A stretch of 63,398 nucleotides of DNA, filler included, from Trichodelitschia bisporula (taxonomy: Eukaryota): NCBI GenBank assembly GCA_010356995.1. It is 6 parts of 4 records of this genome, joined end to end, with 100 filler letters (N's around TTAATTAATTAA, not from the genome) between each part and the next. Parts side by side here need not be neighbours in the genome. Positions count along the whole stretch, not along the records: positions 18,380 to 47,463 come from ML996710.1; 5 more parts are not named here. The stretch is one strand, 5' to 3'. How positions within the stretch are numbered: position 1 is the first letter of the stretch; each line of letters opens with the position of its first letter. Under the pieces are notes generated by a model, which saw nothing but the letters and a program-made list of their open reading frames with translations, ran no database searches and was not told the DNA's origin. The position numbers and the translations under genes are program-made. This document shows, one piece after another, positions 24,011 through 36,049 of the stretch.

Positions 24011-24682
24011 GCAGATGATCGTCGCTCGCCTCAGCCTTTCCCAAGGAAATTGAGCACCTGCATATTGCAGCTCTCGGATAGCTGGACAGCTGCACGCCGC
24101 GAGCTAACCGCAGGTCTCAAAGCAGATGTCTGCTCATCTCGGCCTTTCCCGAGGAATGGAGCACTTTCGTGATGCAGCTTTCGGACAGCTGAACAGCTGC
24201 ACGCCTCGAGCTGACCGGAGGTCTCACACAGCAGATGTCTGCTCTTCTCGGCCTTTCCCGAGGAAGTGGAGCACCTCACGTTTGCAGCTCTTGGACAGCT
24301 GGACAGCTGCACGCCCCGAGCTGACCGGAGGTCTCACGCAGCAGTCAGCCGCAATGTTGAACGGTGGCCGGCTGTTGATGGTGCCCCCAATCACCCGGAT
24401 TTTGAGAAATCCGGCGATTCCATTAAGACTGATTCATTGGTGAATGACGGAGCTCAAGTGCGGGGTACTTTGTTTTCTTTTGCTTAGCTTTTATACGTTC
24501 ACAGCCTTGGCAGACCATGCCTGAGTTGGCCAGGAGTTTGAGTTGAGATTTTTGAGTTCATGCGATTTTGTGCGCAGTGGAAGCAGCGGTTAAGCTGCTA
24601 TGCATGTTATCTCAACGGTCTTTATTCATTTTGTAGGAATACTTAGCTGATTGTGTAGAATAAGCATTCCGGGCTCATAACC
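24011..24682 (+). repeat. Three ~110-bp imperfect tandem units plus flank; a shortened version occurs at 15190-15546
   Basis: GCAGATG...CCTTTCCC.AGGAA..GAGCAC...GGACAGCTGCACGCC.CGAGCT.ACCG.AGGTCTCA units start at 24011, 24122 and 24231. Confidence 0.8.
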
Positions 24683-25056
24683 TGTTGAAAGGAGGTGTGA
24701 GATTAATGGAAACATCACAGCATCACCAGTTAGACCGAAGGTCTGTTCATGAACAAGTTGCTTAATTGTCAAAGAGGTTGGGGTCTAGAGTCTACTTATA
24801 CTCGAGCCCTGTGGCTGAAACTGGGTAAGGCTGAGCACAGCCACCGCTTTCCAACAGTTTGTTGAAAGGTGATGCGTGATCAACAGAAACGTCACTGCAT
24901 CACAAGTTGGACCGAAGGTCTGTCCATGAACAAGTTGCTTTATTGTCAAAGAGGTGGGTGTTGAAAGGGGATGAGTGATCAATGGAAACATCACAGCATC
25001 AAAAGTTGGACCGAAGGTCTGTCCATGAACAAGTTGCTTAATTGTCAAAGAGGTGG
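24683..25056 (-). mobile_element. One full (24683-24856) and two partial (24860-24958, 24959-25056) LTR-A copies in tandem
   Basis: Each copy begins TGTTGAAAGG on the plus strand; both partial copies stop at the same AAAGAGGTGG motif. Confidence 0.85.
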
Positions 25057-25593
25057 ACCCACCTCCGGTGAACCCTTAGGCGGTATGCCGAATTCCGGGT
25101 AACCCCTAAGCGCATCGCCGAATCCCGGGTAACGTCCTTACTCCCGGGTAACTAGCTCGGTGCCGGGTAACTTAAAAGCGGGAATATATCGCTCGAGTAT
25201 TCCTTATTAATAGTTCCGCTAATAGCTTCATTAATATCTAGCGCATGGTAAAGGCCGCATTTCTCGATGTATCCAATAGTAGAACTCCTATCCTTACTAT
25301 AGGCGGAGTCGCGGCAAATCCGGACTACGGTGCCGACAGCTTCGACCTTAACAACGTTAAGAAGCACAACTAGATCAAAGGCGACTACAGCCTGTAGCGC
25401 GACGACTTTAGAAGTAGCGCGAGTTGATGTAGACAGCATAGAACGCACCGTCTTCTTCACCTGTAATGGTGAGATGTAGGCGACGGCGACCTATTCCTAG
25501 CAGGTTAATTTGCCTAATAATCCCTTAAGGGTTACGATATACACTACAGGCATCAGAGGATAAGGCGTCGCGTTAAGTCTCCGGTATAGCTAT

Positions 25594-26012
25594 CAAGCAC
25601 CGGCACTGCATCAAGTACTGGCACCGCGATTAAACGCCGGTACCGCGTTCAAGCACCGGTACCGCGGCCAAGCATCAGCGCCGCGATTAAGAACCGATAC
25701 CACTTGAAGCATCGGGACCGCGTTGAAGCACCGATATCGCGTTGAAGCACCGGCACTGGATCAAGCGCCAGCACTAGATTAAGCACTGGTACCGCGATCA
25801 AGCACCGGTACTGGAATAAGTACCGGCACTGGATTAAGCACCGGCCCTAGATCAAGCACCGGCACTACGTTTAAGCACCGGCACGACGCCTAAGCACCGG
25901 CACTGCATTCGAGCACCGGTACTGCGTTCAAGCACCGGCACCGCGATCAAGCACCGGCACTGGATTAAGCACCGGCACCGTGATTAAGCACCGGCACGGC
26001 GTTCAAGCACCG
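25594..26012. repeat. Minisatellite of ~22 degenerate 19-bp units
   Basis: Consensus approximately (T/C)AAGCACCGGCAC(T/C)G(G/C)(A/G)T. Confidence 0.85.
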
Positions 26013-26043
26013 CGACATGCTAAGCATCAAAATTTGGATTACA

Positions 26044-27493
26044 CTACCACGCAACCAGCAACCCCGTGATGCCCATAATCTCGTCCAGGTTGCCATCCTT
26101 GTCCTTCATCCTACTGCTATTAGTCCTGCCTTGACCTCGTCACATGTAACTCACCCTGGGTGTTGCTTGAAATTGTAACGGGCGCGGATCCACGTCCGAT
26201 CGCCGACCTTCAGCTGGACGCCGTTCGGATACTTGCAGCGGCTCTGCCCTTGAATGTGGGGAATGTCGCTGTTGCCGTGCTCGCCGCCGCCGTGGCCGCC
26301 CATGCCGCCAGTGTTGTTGCTGTAGATCGGCTCGCTGGCGCAGATGACCTTGTCGTTAAGGAAGATGTCGATACCGACGCCGCCGTCGTGCATGTGGCCA
26401 CCGGTGGCGAGAATCGTACCCTCAACGTTGGAAGTCCATGGTGTACTCGACTCCTCCATGACATCCGCCTTGGGCCGCATCTCCGCCGTGATGTTCGACA
26501 CGCCCCACGGGTTGGTACCTGTAGAGCACGTGCCGGCGGTCGACGAGGAAATTGAAGCCCAGATGAAGCGCGACTTGCGGTGGTTCGGCGCCTCGGCGGC
26601 GGGCAGCCACTCAAAGTCCATTGTCAGCCACACCCACTTCTCGCGGTCCTGCATGTTCATCAGCTGCGTCGACAGGATGAGCTTGTCTTGGGCGCCGAGG
26701 TGGTACGCCGACAAGATGGTGCTTTCGTTGCCGAGCGAGTACGGGATGAGCGACTTTTCGTTGCCGCCCATGAACAGCTCGTCAATCGGGTACGTGCTAT
26801 TGCAGAGTGGCGTAACGGTGGGGCCGGTAGCGAAGATAAGCGCATGGTGGAACCAGGCCTGTTGGTCAGCCAGAGCCTTCAGTGTTGAGAGTTCTACTCA
26901 CCCCGTCGGCGTTTTCAGCCGGCTTGCCATCAGCGTACTCCATGCTGCCAGTCACCGAGAGCAGGCGGCAGTCGCCCTCGCACGGCCTCTTTCCGCCAAT
27001 CTGGAAAGTATGCGCCATGCCGCGCACCAGCAGCAGATCCGAGTCGAGGTTGCGCTCGCTGATCGGCGGGATGCGGTACGGCCCGTAGCGCACCTTTGTC
27101 CGCTTTGCGCCGGGAAAGGCATCGCCGGGCGAATGCTGCAGATCGGGTACGGTCGCAGTAGGTGCGCCGGTGGCGGTCGGCATGAAGGACGAAAGCAGCG
27201 CGCCGGCGGTCTGCAGCGTGGTAACGACATTCGTCAGCGAGAGTGTCGCCAAACCCGGAAACTGGCGCTTGCTCAAGGCCTTCTGGACGGAGCGCTCGGC
27301 ATGCGCACGCAGTACCGCATAGGCTGACCATTAGCGACGCGTGTACATCAGTGGCAAACTTACTACTCGGTGGTAGCAGCCGCGGGTTGTCCAGGAAGGT
27401 TGTGACAATCTCCTCGTCCGAGAAGGTATGCACACCGACGCGCTGCGGGGCAGCGGCCGCAAGAGCAGCAAGCGAGAGCAGCACGAACTTCAT
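26044..27493 (-). CDS. Secreted protein with a PHM/DBH-like copper monooxygenase ligand pattern (paralogue 1), 4 exons
   Basis: Signal MKFVLLSLAALAAA; Kex2-like SKR; RYGPY; PCEGDC; after splicing AWFHHA; GGHMHDGG; ICASEPIY; YNFKQHPG-MKDKDGNLDEIMGI-stop. Three canonical GT..CTRAY..AG introns. Confidence 0.8.
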
Positions 27494-29795
27494 GATTGAC
27501 GACGAGCGCAAAGGTGGGTGGGCGAATAATATCAATCTTATGTTTCCCACGCGGCGCCCCCCACTCATCAACCTGGCGCACCCCGCAGGGACCGCGGCGG
27601 CGAAAGCTCAACTCGGGCTGGAGCAAGTGATAGGCGCGTCTGTTTGAGAGCGGTTTAATTACCGGCGCGAGACCGAGTGGCGCACGGCGGAGGCCACATC
27701 GCAGGAAATGCAATGCCCCGCATGATGTGCGCCGGGAAGACCTTCAGACCCGTGGGGAAGGCTTCCAGAATCGCCGGGGCGCGCAATCTGCGGCATAGCG
27801 ATCGCACATAAATTAGGGCAGGGTTGAGAAAATGGGCGGTCGCGTGAGTCCCCACTCTGTGCACCACAGGCTGTCGATTGCGAAATGAATGCGACCGAGT
27901 GCTAGACGAGATGGATAGTCAAGCGGTCATGGTATTGAGGTTGGGCGATAGGGGTCACGTGCCGCTTCCACGGGACGGGCGGGGTGAAGGGGATGCTCGT
28001 CCCATCTGAAATATCCAGCTCCAGGTTCGACTCTGCCCTGGCTTGGCTGAAGTGAAGAGGCCTGAGATTGAGGTCGGAGATGAAGTGCCGACAAGACCGC
28101 CGAGTCGAGCCGGCGATCCCAGTGGCCGGGGCGGTGCAGGTTGTTGACCAGACGAGGGTACTGAGCATTCTATCGCTACATCGGCGCGCCTGACAGAGGG
28201 AAAGGTTAATGTGCGCATTGATTGTGCTGAGGCCAACTGTGTCCGAGTCACCATGGAATCCTCGAGTGGGATCCAAACGGCCAGTGGTGGTTTGGGCTGA
28301 GGACGGACCGGCCGGAATCACGCAAATACCGCCCACTCGGCTTGCGGCTCCCTAGCGCTACTTATCTTGCATGCAGACCGTGAATAGCAATGCCAGATTT
28401 CATTGGAGCACCTCCAAGCTCGATGGCCTAACGGTACACTCGCACCAGATTGTAGACGCTGGACGTTTAACCACCTGGGACGTTGGCCGCAGCCAGAATC
28501 GGTAGAAGGGCCGAAGTGACAGGCGAACACCCCAAGAATTGCCCTTGGTGAAAACCGGTCACTTAGAGTTCCGGTTCACTCTGTCGCTTCCCGACCCGCG
28601 TTCCGGCTGACGGCAATATCCGGGCTTCATTCGGCCGTTAAACAAGATGCAGTTTGGTAACCGGTACCATATGCAAGGTCTGGGGCATCTCCCGTCCCAA
28701 TAGGCTCTGCGGGATTGATGTCTGAGAGTAGACGTAGGTATATCGAGGTGCGACCATAGCATATGGTAGCAGGCAAACTCCATATGGCGTCGTCGGAGGT
28801 CAGATCTTCGCTTACTTGATAGCTTGATCAGCATGGAAGATGAGAAGCGATTTCGGCAGTTCAGCGTCGTTGCATACCACTGTACGTCAGCCTGCGCTTC
28901 ATATTGTATGTCGGCGCTTGGCCCTTGGGGTTATGACTACTCATTGGATACGGTTGTGAGGCAATCAGAGAGACGACTTGTGCCCTGGGGGTGTGGGCAT
29001 CGACAAACTAGCCTGCGGTTACCATGGTCGCGTCACGTCTGCCATAGTACGGGGAGTACAGCCCGTGAGCTCTAGTATCTTTCATGCCAGCATGAAGCAG
29101 CGGCGAAGCGGTAGTTGGCACCTAACACCTCTGTGTCGATGCGCTGCCTCGGCGCGAGTTTAGACACATGGTGGACATGCACGATGCTGTAGGGACACTT
29201 GTAACACCAAGTCGCGCTGTTTGATGGATGAAATCAAGAGAGAAGAGTATGTGCATTGAATAGTATCTATAGTCGAACCGGCGATGCCAGAGAAGAGAGA
29301 CCTTGCGCTTGATCGTTGTACATTATTGTATGGTGGTTTTCCTCTGTATTTTGTCCTCCGCGCGTTTCTCCGCTGCGGTGCAGTCACGTGATACGGCGGA
29401 TTGTGCCCCGCTTCATTTCGCTTTCTCTTCCACATCTCGCACACCTCCCACCTTGCCACCTCACTTCGCGTCGCGATCGCATATCGTGTACCGCATTTCC
29501 TTCTCTACCACATTCCAATCCCTTGTTTGACATCTTCATCTCTCACTATATCATCACGGCCGCCCCTCCAACTCCGTGTCCACCTCCCTCCGGCGCTTCG
29601 CCTCTCTGCCTCTCCACTTCTCGTCTACTGTACACCTTCACATCGTCTGCCCTCCCTCTTCAGTATCCGCCTCTCCGTTCCTTCATCCATGTCCCTTGCC
29701 ATGGATCGAACTCTGCAGTATCTGTATCTTGATTCTATAGACGCACTCGTCTATTCTACAGCTGAAGCTAACATCCATGCTACAGCGACGCGACC

Positions 29796-31746
29796 CTACC
29801 CGCTCGTCCCCTTCTTCGGATTCAGCAAGGCGTTCAGCGTCTCCATCAACCCTCCCCCACCCAGCTGCGCCAGTGTCTGCTGCAATGCTGGCTTGCCATC
29901 ACCCTGCCACAGCGCCGGAAAGGTCGACGGCTCCTTGTACCCCGTATAGTTGTTCACATTGTCGCCCACCGGCGCGGCGTTGCTCGCTCGGATCGTCTCC
30001 GCCTTGCACAGTCGCGCGCCGCGTGCCTCCATGCGGTCGGCGTTGATACCTGGCGTGACATAAAACAGCATGCCGGGATCCCATTTGTCCTTGATCTGTG
30101 ACAGCCGGTCGTAGTGCTCGCCCCAAAACGCCTTCTTCCAGTCCGGGTTGCCGTACCATGCCTATACTGTTAGCTCCGTCAGTGAGTGCCAGCAAAACTT
30201 ACCTCGTTCAGGTACGCCCCTGTGTTCGGTGCGAGCTCCCGTAGCGAGTCAACGTTGGGAATCGTCGCGCCGTCGCCCACACCCGTCGCGACGATGTGCA
30301 CCAGCGCCTTGCGGAACGCCGGGTTTACGCTCGTGTCCTTACCGCCCGTTCGCACCTTGTTGCCTGTCGTGAAGTGCACGCGCAGTTGGCCGTCGAGCAG
30401 CTTGATTGGCATCGCCCGCTCAAGCGCTGTGGCGAGGCGCTTCTCATCCGCCAGATGCTCCGCACCGAGCAGCCGGGAGTCCATGGCGGTGCGGCCGGGG
30501 CTCACCAACATCATTTCGCCGGGGCCGTGCCGGCGACGCAGTGTCGGACTTTTCGGTACCGTCATGGCCGCTTTCGGTGCCGTGGTAGCCGCCTTCGGTG
30601 GCGCCGTCGCTGCCTTTGGTGCCGGGCTCCCACCAAAGAACCCCTGGATGAGATCAGCGGCCCCCCGGAGGTTCGGTAGTCCCATCGTCTGCAAGGACTT
30701 TGCATCAAATCCCGGCATCGCCTTCATCTTGGCCAGCATTGGTGCGAGCACACCTGGCATGCGCAGTGCGTTGAAGCTCGTGGCCACCAGCGTTGCCTGC
30801 AGGGCGTTCGGGTAGATGAAAAAGTAGCCCTGGATGCCGGCGGCGTAGAGGCGCTCTGCCTGTGCTGTAAAGTAGGCAGCTGGCGCATACACGCTCTTCG
30901 TGTCATCGTACGCCGTCGTGTTGAGCCAGAACTTGAACGGGACAGCGCTCGGCAGCGGAAACACGCGGAACGTCGCCTCCACCACCACGCCAAAAGTGCC
31001 GCCGCCGCCGCCGCGTAGTGCCCAGAAGAGGTCCGGGTTGGACACGGCGTTGGCTACTGTCAGATTCCCGTCCGCCGTCACCACCTTGTACTCGAGCACG
31101 TTGTCCGCCGCGAGCCCCAGGTCTGACGACAGCGGCGAATGCCCTCCCCCCTGCGACCAACCGCCGGCAACGGACACCTCGCCGTGTGCAGCAATGAGCG
31201 CAAACAGCCCGCTCCCCACGGCCGCCGTCGTGATTTCTGTCGCCGTGACGCCGGCGCCGATGGTGATCGCCGTATCCTGGCCTGCCTTTGGCTTGATGAC
31301 GTTGGTGACGGTCTTGACATCGACCGGTTCAGCGCCTTTTACTGTCGGCGTGAACGACTCCAACAGGCGGATGCCCTTCATGCCGGTGACTGACAGAAGG
31401 ATACCAGACGGCGCGTCTTGCCTAGGATGGTCAGCGTCCAGTTCTCCTGCCTCATTCTCCCCACGCACCGTCCCATAAAGTCGTGCCCGCTGTTGATTAT
31501 ACTAAGGCGTACATTATGCTTCGCCGCGAACCGCACCGCGCGCTGCACATGCTCGACGCGCGACGCCTCGTAGATGAAGTTGGGATGCTTCTTCACACCG
31601 CTCTCAATAGGCTCCGTCCCCTTCAATTCCGCCTTCCATACGTCGGGCGCCGGCCAGTCGGCGTCGGTCGCCAGCACGCGGCACCCGGCTGGCGCCTTCT
31701 GCGCGCGCGCAACGCCGAGAGTCAGCAGCAACAGTAGATAGCGCAT
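29796..31746 (-). CDS. Secreted FAD-linked oxidoreductase, berberine-bridge-enzyme/VAO family, 3 exons
   Basis: Signal [24 protein letters not shown] (covalent-FAD His); [33 protein letters not shown] tail [41 protein letters not shown]. Confidence 0.9.
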
Positions 31747-32961
31747 GGTTGAGGTTTGCATCTGCGATTCCCGGGCTTAAAGGTTTCATTTCGCGCGCCA
31801 GCGCCGGGGAGTCGCACGTACGTGGGCTGTCCCTATCCGCCTCGTCTATCCCATCCGCCTGTTCCTACCCCGCAGTGCATCCCAGAAGCAGCGAATACGA
31901 ACAGCCCAATTTCCCAACCTGCTTGGACTTTGAGGTTAAGCAACGGCCGGGATGTGCGCCTAGGGCTGGCCATGGTCTTGGGCAATCAAGGCGCGACTCT
32001 CCGTGGCGCGTGCTCGATATGGAAAGGCAAAATCCGCAAGTCGGCAGACTCCATCGGCGGGCGGTTTTTGTCTTATGGTGGCGACATGTACCTGGTTCAC
32101 GAATTGCTTCTGGAGTACGTGTCGTGGGGCGCTTTTGAGTAAATTTTTTGCCCCTCTTCCATCACCCATATTCGAACTTCCAGCGCCGCAAGGCTGGAGT
32201 CTGTCCCGGATCGCCCCCACACCATGGCCTGTAGGGTTTGCCCTAGCCGTATGCGACTCCCGACAAATGCTCCGAAAAGGTCGTGAGGCCTTTGCTTTGT
32301 TGCATGGACCGCATGCGGGGGCACCACATTTTGACCTTGGCCGCCTCCGGCCATGTTCACTCGCGCTGAGCTTGCGAGACTTTGTTGGGCTTCGCCTTCG
32401 TGGCGCAACTTGCGCATTGCTTCTCACACTCTATCCATATTGGTGTCCGCTGCTCTATGTGGGGAAACGGGGATTTGTACCTCCATCTGGAAGGGCCTGC
32501 ATGTCTTGCAGTCGCGTAGGCGCTGTGGCCGGCAAATCCGAATCCTAGTTCGCCGTCGCCCGGCCGCAATCTTCGTTGCATTCTCCGACCTGGTCTGTCT
32601 CTGAAGTCTGTTGGTTGCTGAGTTCGCTGGCACTTTGCATCCGCTCTCTGGCGCTTTTTGAATGTGACTGCATTTTAAACACACCTGCCAGGCTCGCCCA
32701 GTCTCACGGTCGGCAAAACGCTCCGGCGCACACCGGACGGGATCGAAACAATGAAACGGAAGAGACCGGGCGCCTGAGCATCGCTTTCGCAGATATCGGC
32801 GCGCCATTGAATCGCACCAACAGTACCAAACGTCGATGATGCCATGCTCCATCCTGCCAATGCCCCCCATGCTTCAGCCGCCTAATGCTCAAAAGAATCC
32901 AAGGCCGGAAACGCCCAATATGCTCAATAACGCTCACAATGCCCATACAACTCCGTTATCC

Positions 32962-34151
32962 TCAGCGTGCCAATCCGATGTCCTGACTCCGTTGCGTCTC
33001 CATCTCCTGCCCGTTTCCGTGGCTGCTCGGTGTCCTCCCCCGCCACTCCTCGTCGTTTGCCTGCTCCACCCAGTATTTTGTCTGCACGATCTCCGATAGT
33101 GGCGTCTCATCGCCACCGGCGGCGCCCGAGTTGCGGCGCTTTGTCGAGAAGCGCACGCCTATCGCCCGAAGCCAGTTCGACATGGTGAACTTGAGGCACG
33201 GTATGCACGCAGCAGTTATAGCAACGGTGGCCTCGATATGGCTGTAACATTAGCGGAGGCTCAGAGACGAGGAGGGCGACTCACGTCAGGCCAGTGACGG
33301 TGATAGGTTCCAAATGGCGTCTAACGACTTGACGTCCACCCTCGCAAACAGTATCGCCTTCATAATTCCACAAGCGCTCGCAAAGAGCCCCATGGCCATC
33401 AGTATTCCCATCACGACTCGTTCGCGCAGCGGGCGGTTCAGCTGTCGGATGATGACGATTGGGAGCAGGGCGCAGATGAAATCAGTCGCGATATGCAGGC
33501 TTATAGGTATCAGTACACCCTCTCTTCTCCTCAAAAACATAGCTGAGACTGCCAGAATGTCGTCTATCAGCGTCGAAGACGCCAAGCAATGGCTCGTATT
33601 TTGCAGGCCAACCGAGTACCAATTCGTCGCGCTCAGTGAGCACATGACTGCATGCGATACAGTTCCGATAACTGCCGTGATGAGCAATAGAGCGAGCAGT
33701 GCGTACATCGTGGGCCTCCACCATACGCCGCATTCGAGGCGCAGCAGCAGCAGCAGAACAATGCTCGCCTTCGTGGCTGCCATCGTCCACAAGCACAGTA
33801 TGTTACCAATGGTGGACAAGCGAATAGCCTGGAAAATGATGTCCACTGGGATCGCGGTGATATGCTTTAGGCGGGTTCGAAATATTATCACCATAGCCAA
33901 GGTATAAGCTGTAATGGAGAACACCTAGCTGATCAGCGGAGACCAGAGATGCCAATTCGGACCACGTACTATGGCCGCGATGATGAAGTGATCATCGTAC
34001 TTCAATCCGCCCGCCCTCAAGCGCGTCCATATTCGCAGGGCACCACTGCCAACATGAGGATGGTGATGGTGACGGTCGTGGACACCAGGCGCGACGCGTT
34101 CTGATCGAGCTTCAGGAGCTGGTTGATCTGTTCAACCATACCCTCGTCCAT
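32962..34151 (-). pseudogene. PTH11-like (fungal rhodopsin-domain) integral membrane protein with apparent frameshifts
   Basis: LRIWTR..LKYDDHFI, TKASIVLLLLLRL, ATDFICALLPI..IRQLNRPLRER..LMAMGLFA, HIEATVAITAACIPCLK. Single-base losses near 34041 and 33287 and a damaged internal splice donor. Confidence 0.8.
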
Positions 34152-36049
34152 GTTGAGGGGATGCCGACGCGACGTGCGCGCGCAGACGTCGGGCTCGTAG
34201 CGGTCGGTGGTGACAACAGTTTGAACGTAGGACAGCCGGGGAATTGGAACCGGGGCGCAAGAAACCGTTCATGGGGGGGACGCTTAGGTTTTTACCTGCA
34301 TACTTGGGGTGTGCTTGGGGTTCGGGCCCGAATGATGAAGGTAAGCGTCGGCGCTGCTGGCGTAAGGCGCTGGATGGTGGCGCCCCATGAAGAACCGTTG
34401 CAAAAGAGGAATATAATCACGTTTTGACGACGATGAGGCATCAGCGCTTGGCACTGGTGTCGTATCGTAGATGGCACAGGAGCTAGCTCCTATCATTGTC
34501 GCTTGCTGTGACATACCACGGTAAATGCTGTCCATTGTACGGATTATGTACCTTTGCGGCGGGGAGGTAAATAAAACGGCGGAGAGCTTACCGTAAGGGG
34601 TTATGTGCTAAGCTTTTAGCCTCGTCCTGCTCGTCACTGCAGAATTCTCTCCTGACCTTTTTCCGACGATGAGCAGATACGAGCCACGATTCATCGCACC
34701 GATATCCACCGCACTGCATGAAAAATGATAATTCGCAGAGCATCGGCGTCACTGGCGATCTCAATGCCACAGCGGGGGTGCGGCTGAAGGTTCGACTGGA
34801 TGCTAACCTCGAGTAGATCTACCGTGGTAAGGAGCTTCGTGAGAACCATTAGCTCGCTTATGGCGATAGAAATGCGGGGGACCATGCAAAATGTACCACG
34901 ATGGGAATGGCTCGTTGCCGGTGGCGTTCAGTGGCGCGTGGAGTGGACAGATCAAAAAGCAGCGAAGAACCTTAAAAAAAGGTACCATGATTCTGCAGAC
35001 CCAGTGAAGTGCAAAATCTTACATCTTGCCTTCGGATCGTGAGAGCAACTGCGACTATAATTGTGACTGCATTCGTGAGTGTAGTATCCATGTTTTCGTC
35101 CAGCTTTCCCCAATCCACTGGCAATATTCAATGACCTGACTCTCCGTGCATCAAGAACCTTCATCAGTCTCCGCCGTAAGCCAATCTGATCGACAACGCC
35201 CATCGTCCTAGCGTGTTAGAGTATGTGACGCGAGTAATGGGCTGCCGAATGATGTCCGCGCATGCAAAAGTTGACTTACTCCAGATGAGCGACACAGCTG
35301 TTCAAGGGACTGCTAGTTCTACTAGATGTTGTTGTCTTCAGTACAAAATGGTGAGATCGGCATCCAGCTTTCAAAAGAAGAGCAAGGCGCAGTCTTGCGT
35401 GAATGCTGAAGCGACAGCCGGATACCAATTCGGGTGCGATCACAAGTTCCGCTGGCCTTTGAAAATATCGACATGTCCCGAAGCCTCACCATCCTCCCCG
35501 AATTGGCCACTCGGCACACGGGTACTTACTGCTCGAAAGTAAGGCCAGTTTTCTATCACTGTCCCGCCATCAACTTTGAACAACACAGGGTGACGTCTGA
35601 CAGTTGCAGCGTCGTCAGTCCCAGTTCCACTAGTTCTCATACCCCGCAGCCGCGGCCAACAGTTCCATAGCTTACAACGAACCAGAAGTCCCGACTCCGG
35701 TGTCAATACCAGCATCACAGCTCCCCCGCAACCGCTTGATCGACCCCATGTTTCCCCCTTCCGGTTCCCTCAACCGATCTCCTTAACAGAACGCAGTCCC
35801 CGGATCCGCACAGCCTTCCCGTGGTACCCGAGCCCTATGGCCACCACAATAGCCTTGCACCAACCCCATCTATCCCCACGGTCACTTATATTACTTTCGG
35901 GCGAGCAACCGCTCATCCTCATGCCGTCGCCCAAATACCTCTTTTGTCATGCTCCGCGTTAGCGACAAATCCAATCAAGCGATGAATATAAACCACCTCA
36001 AGCTGCCCGTGTTCCGCCGTCACCAAGCCGCTTCCTCAAACCACCCAGC

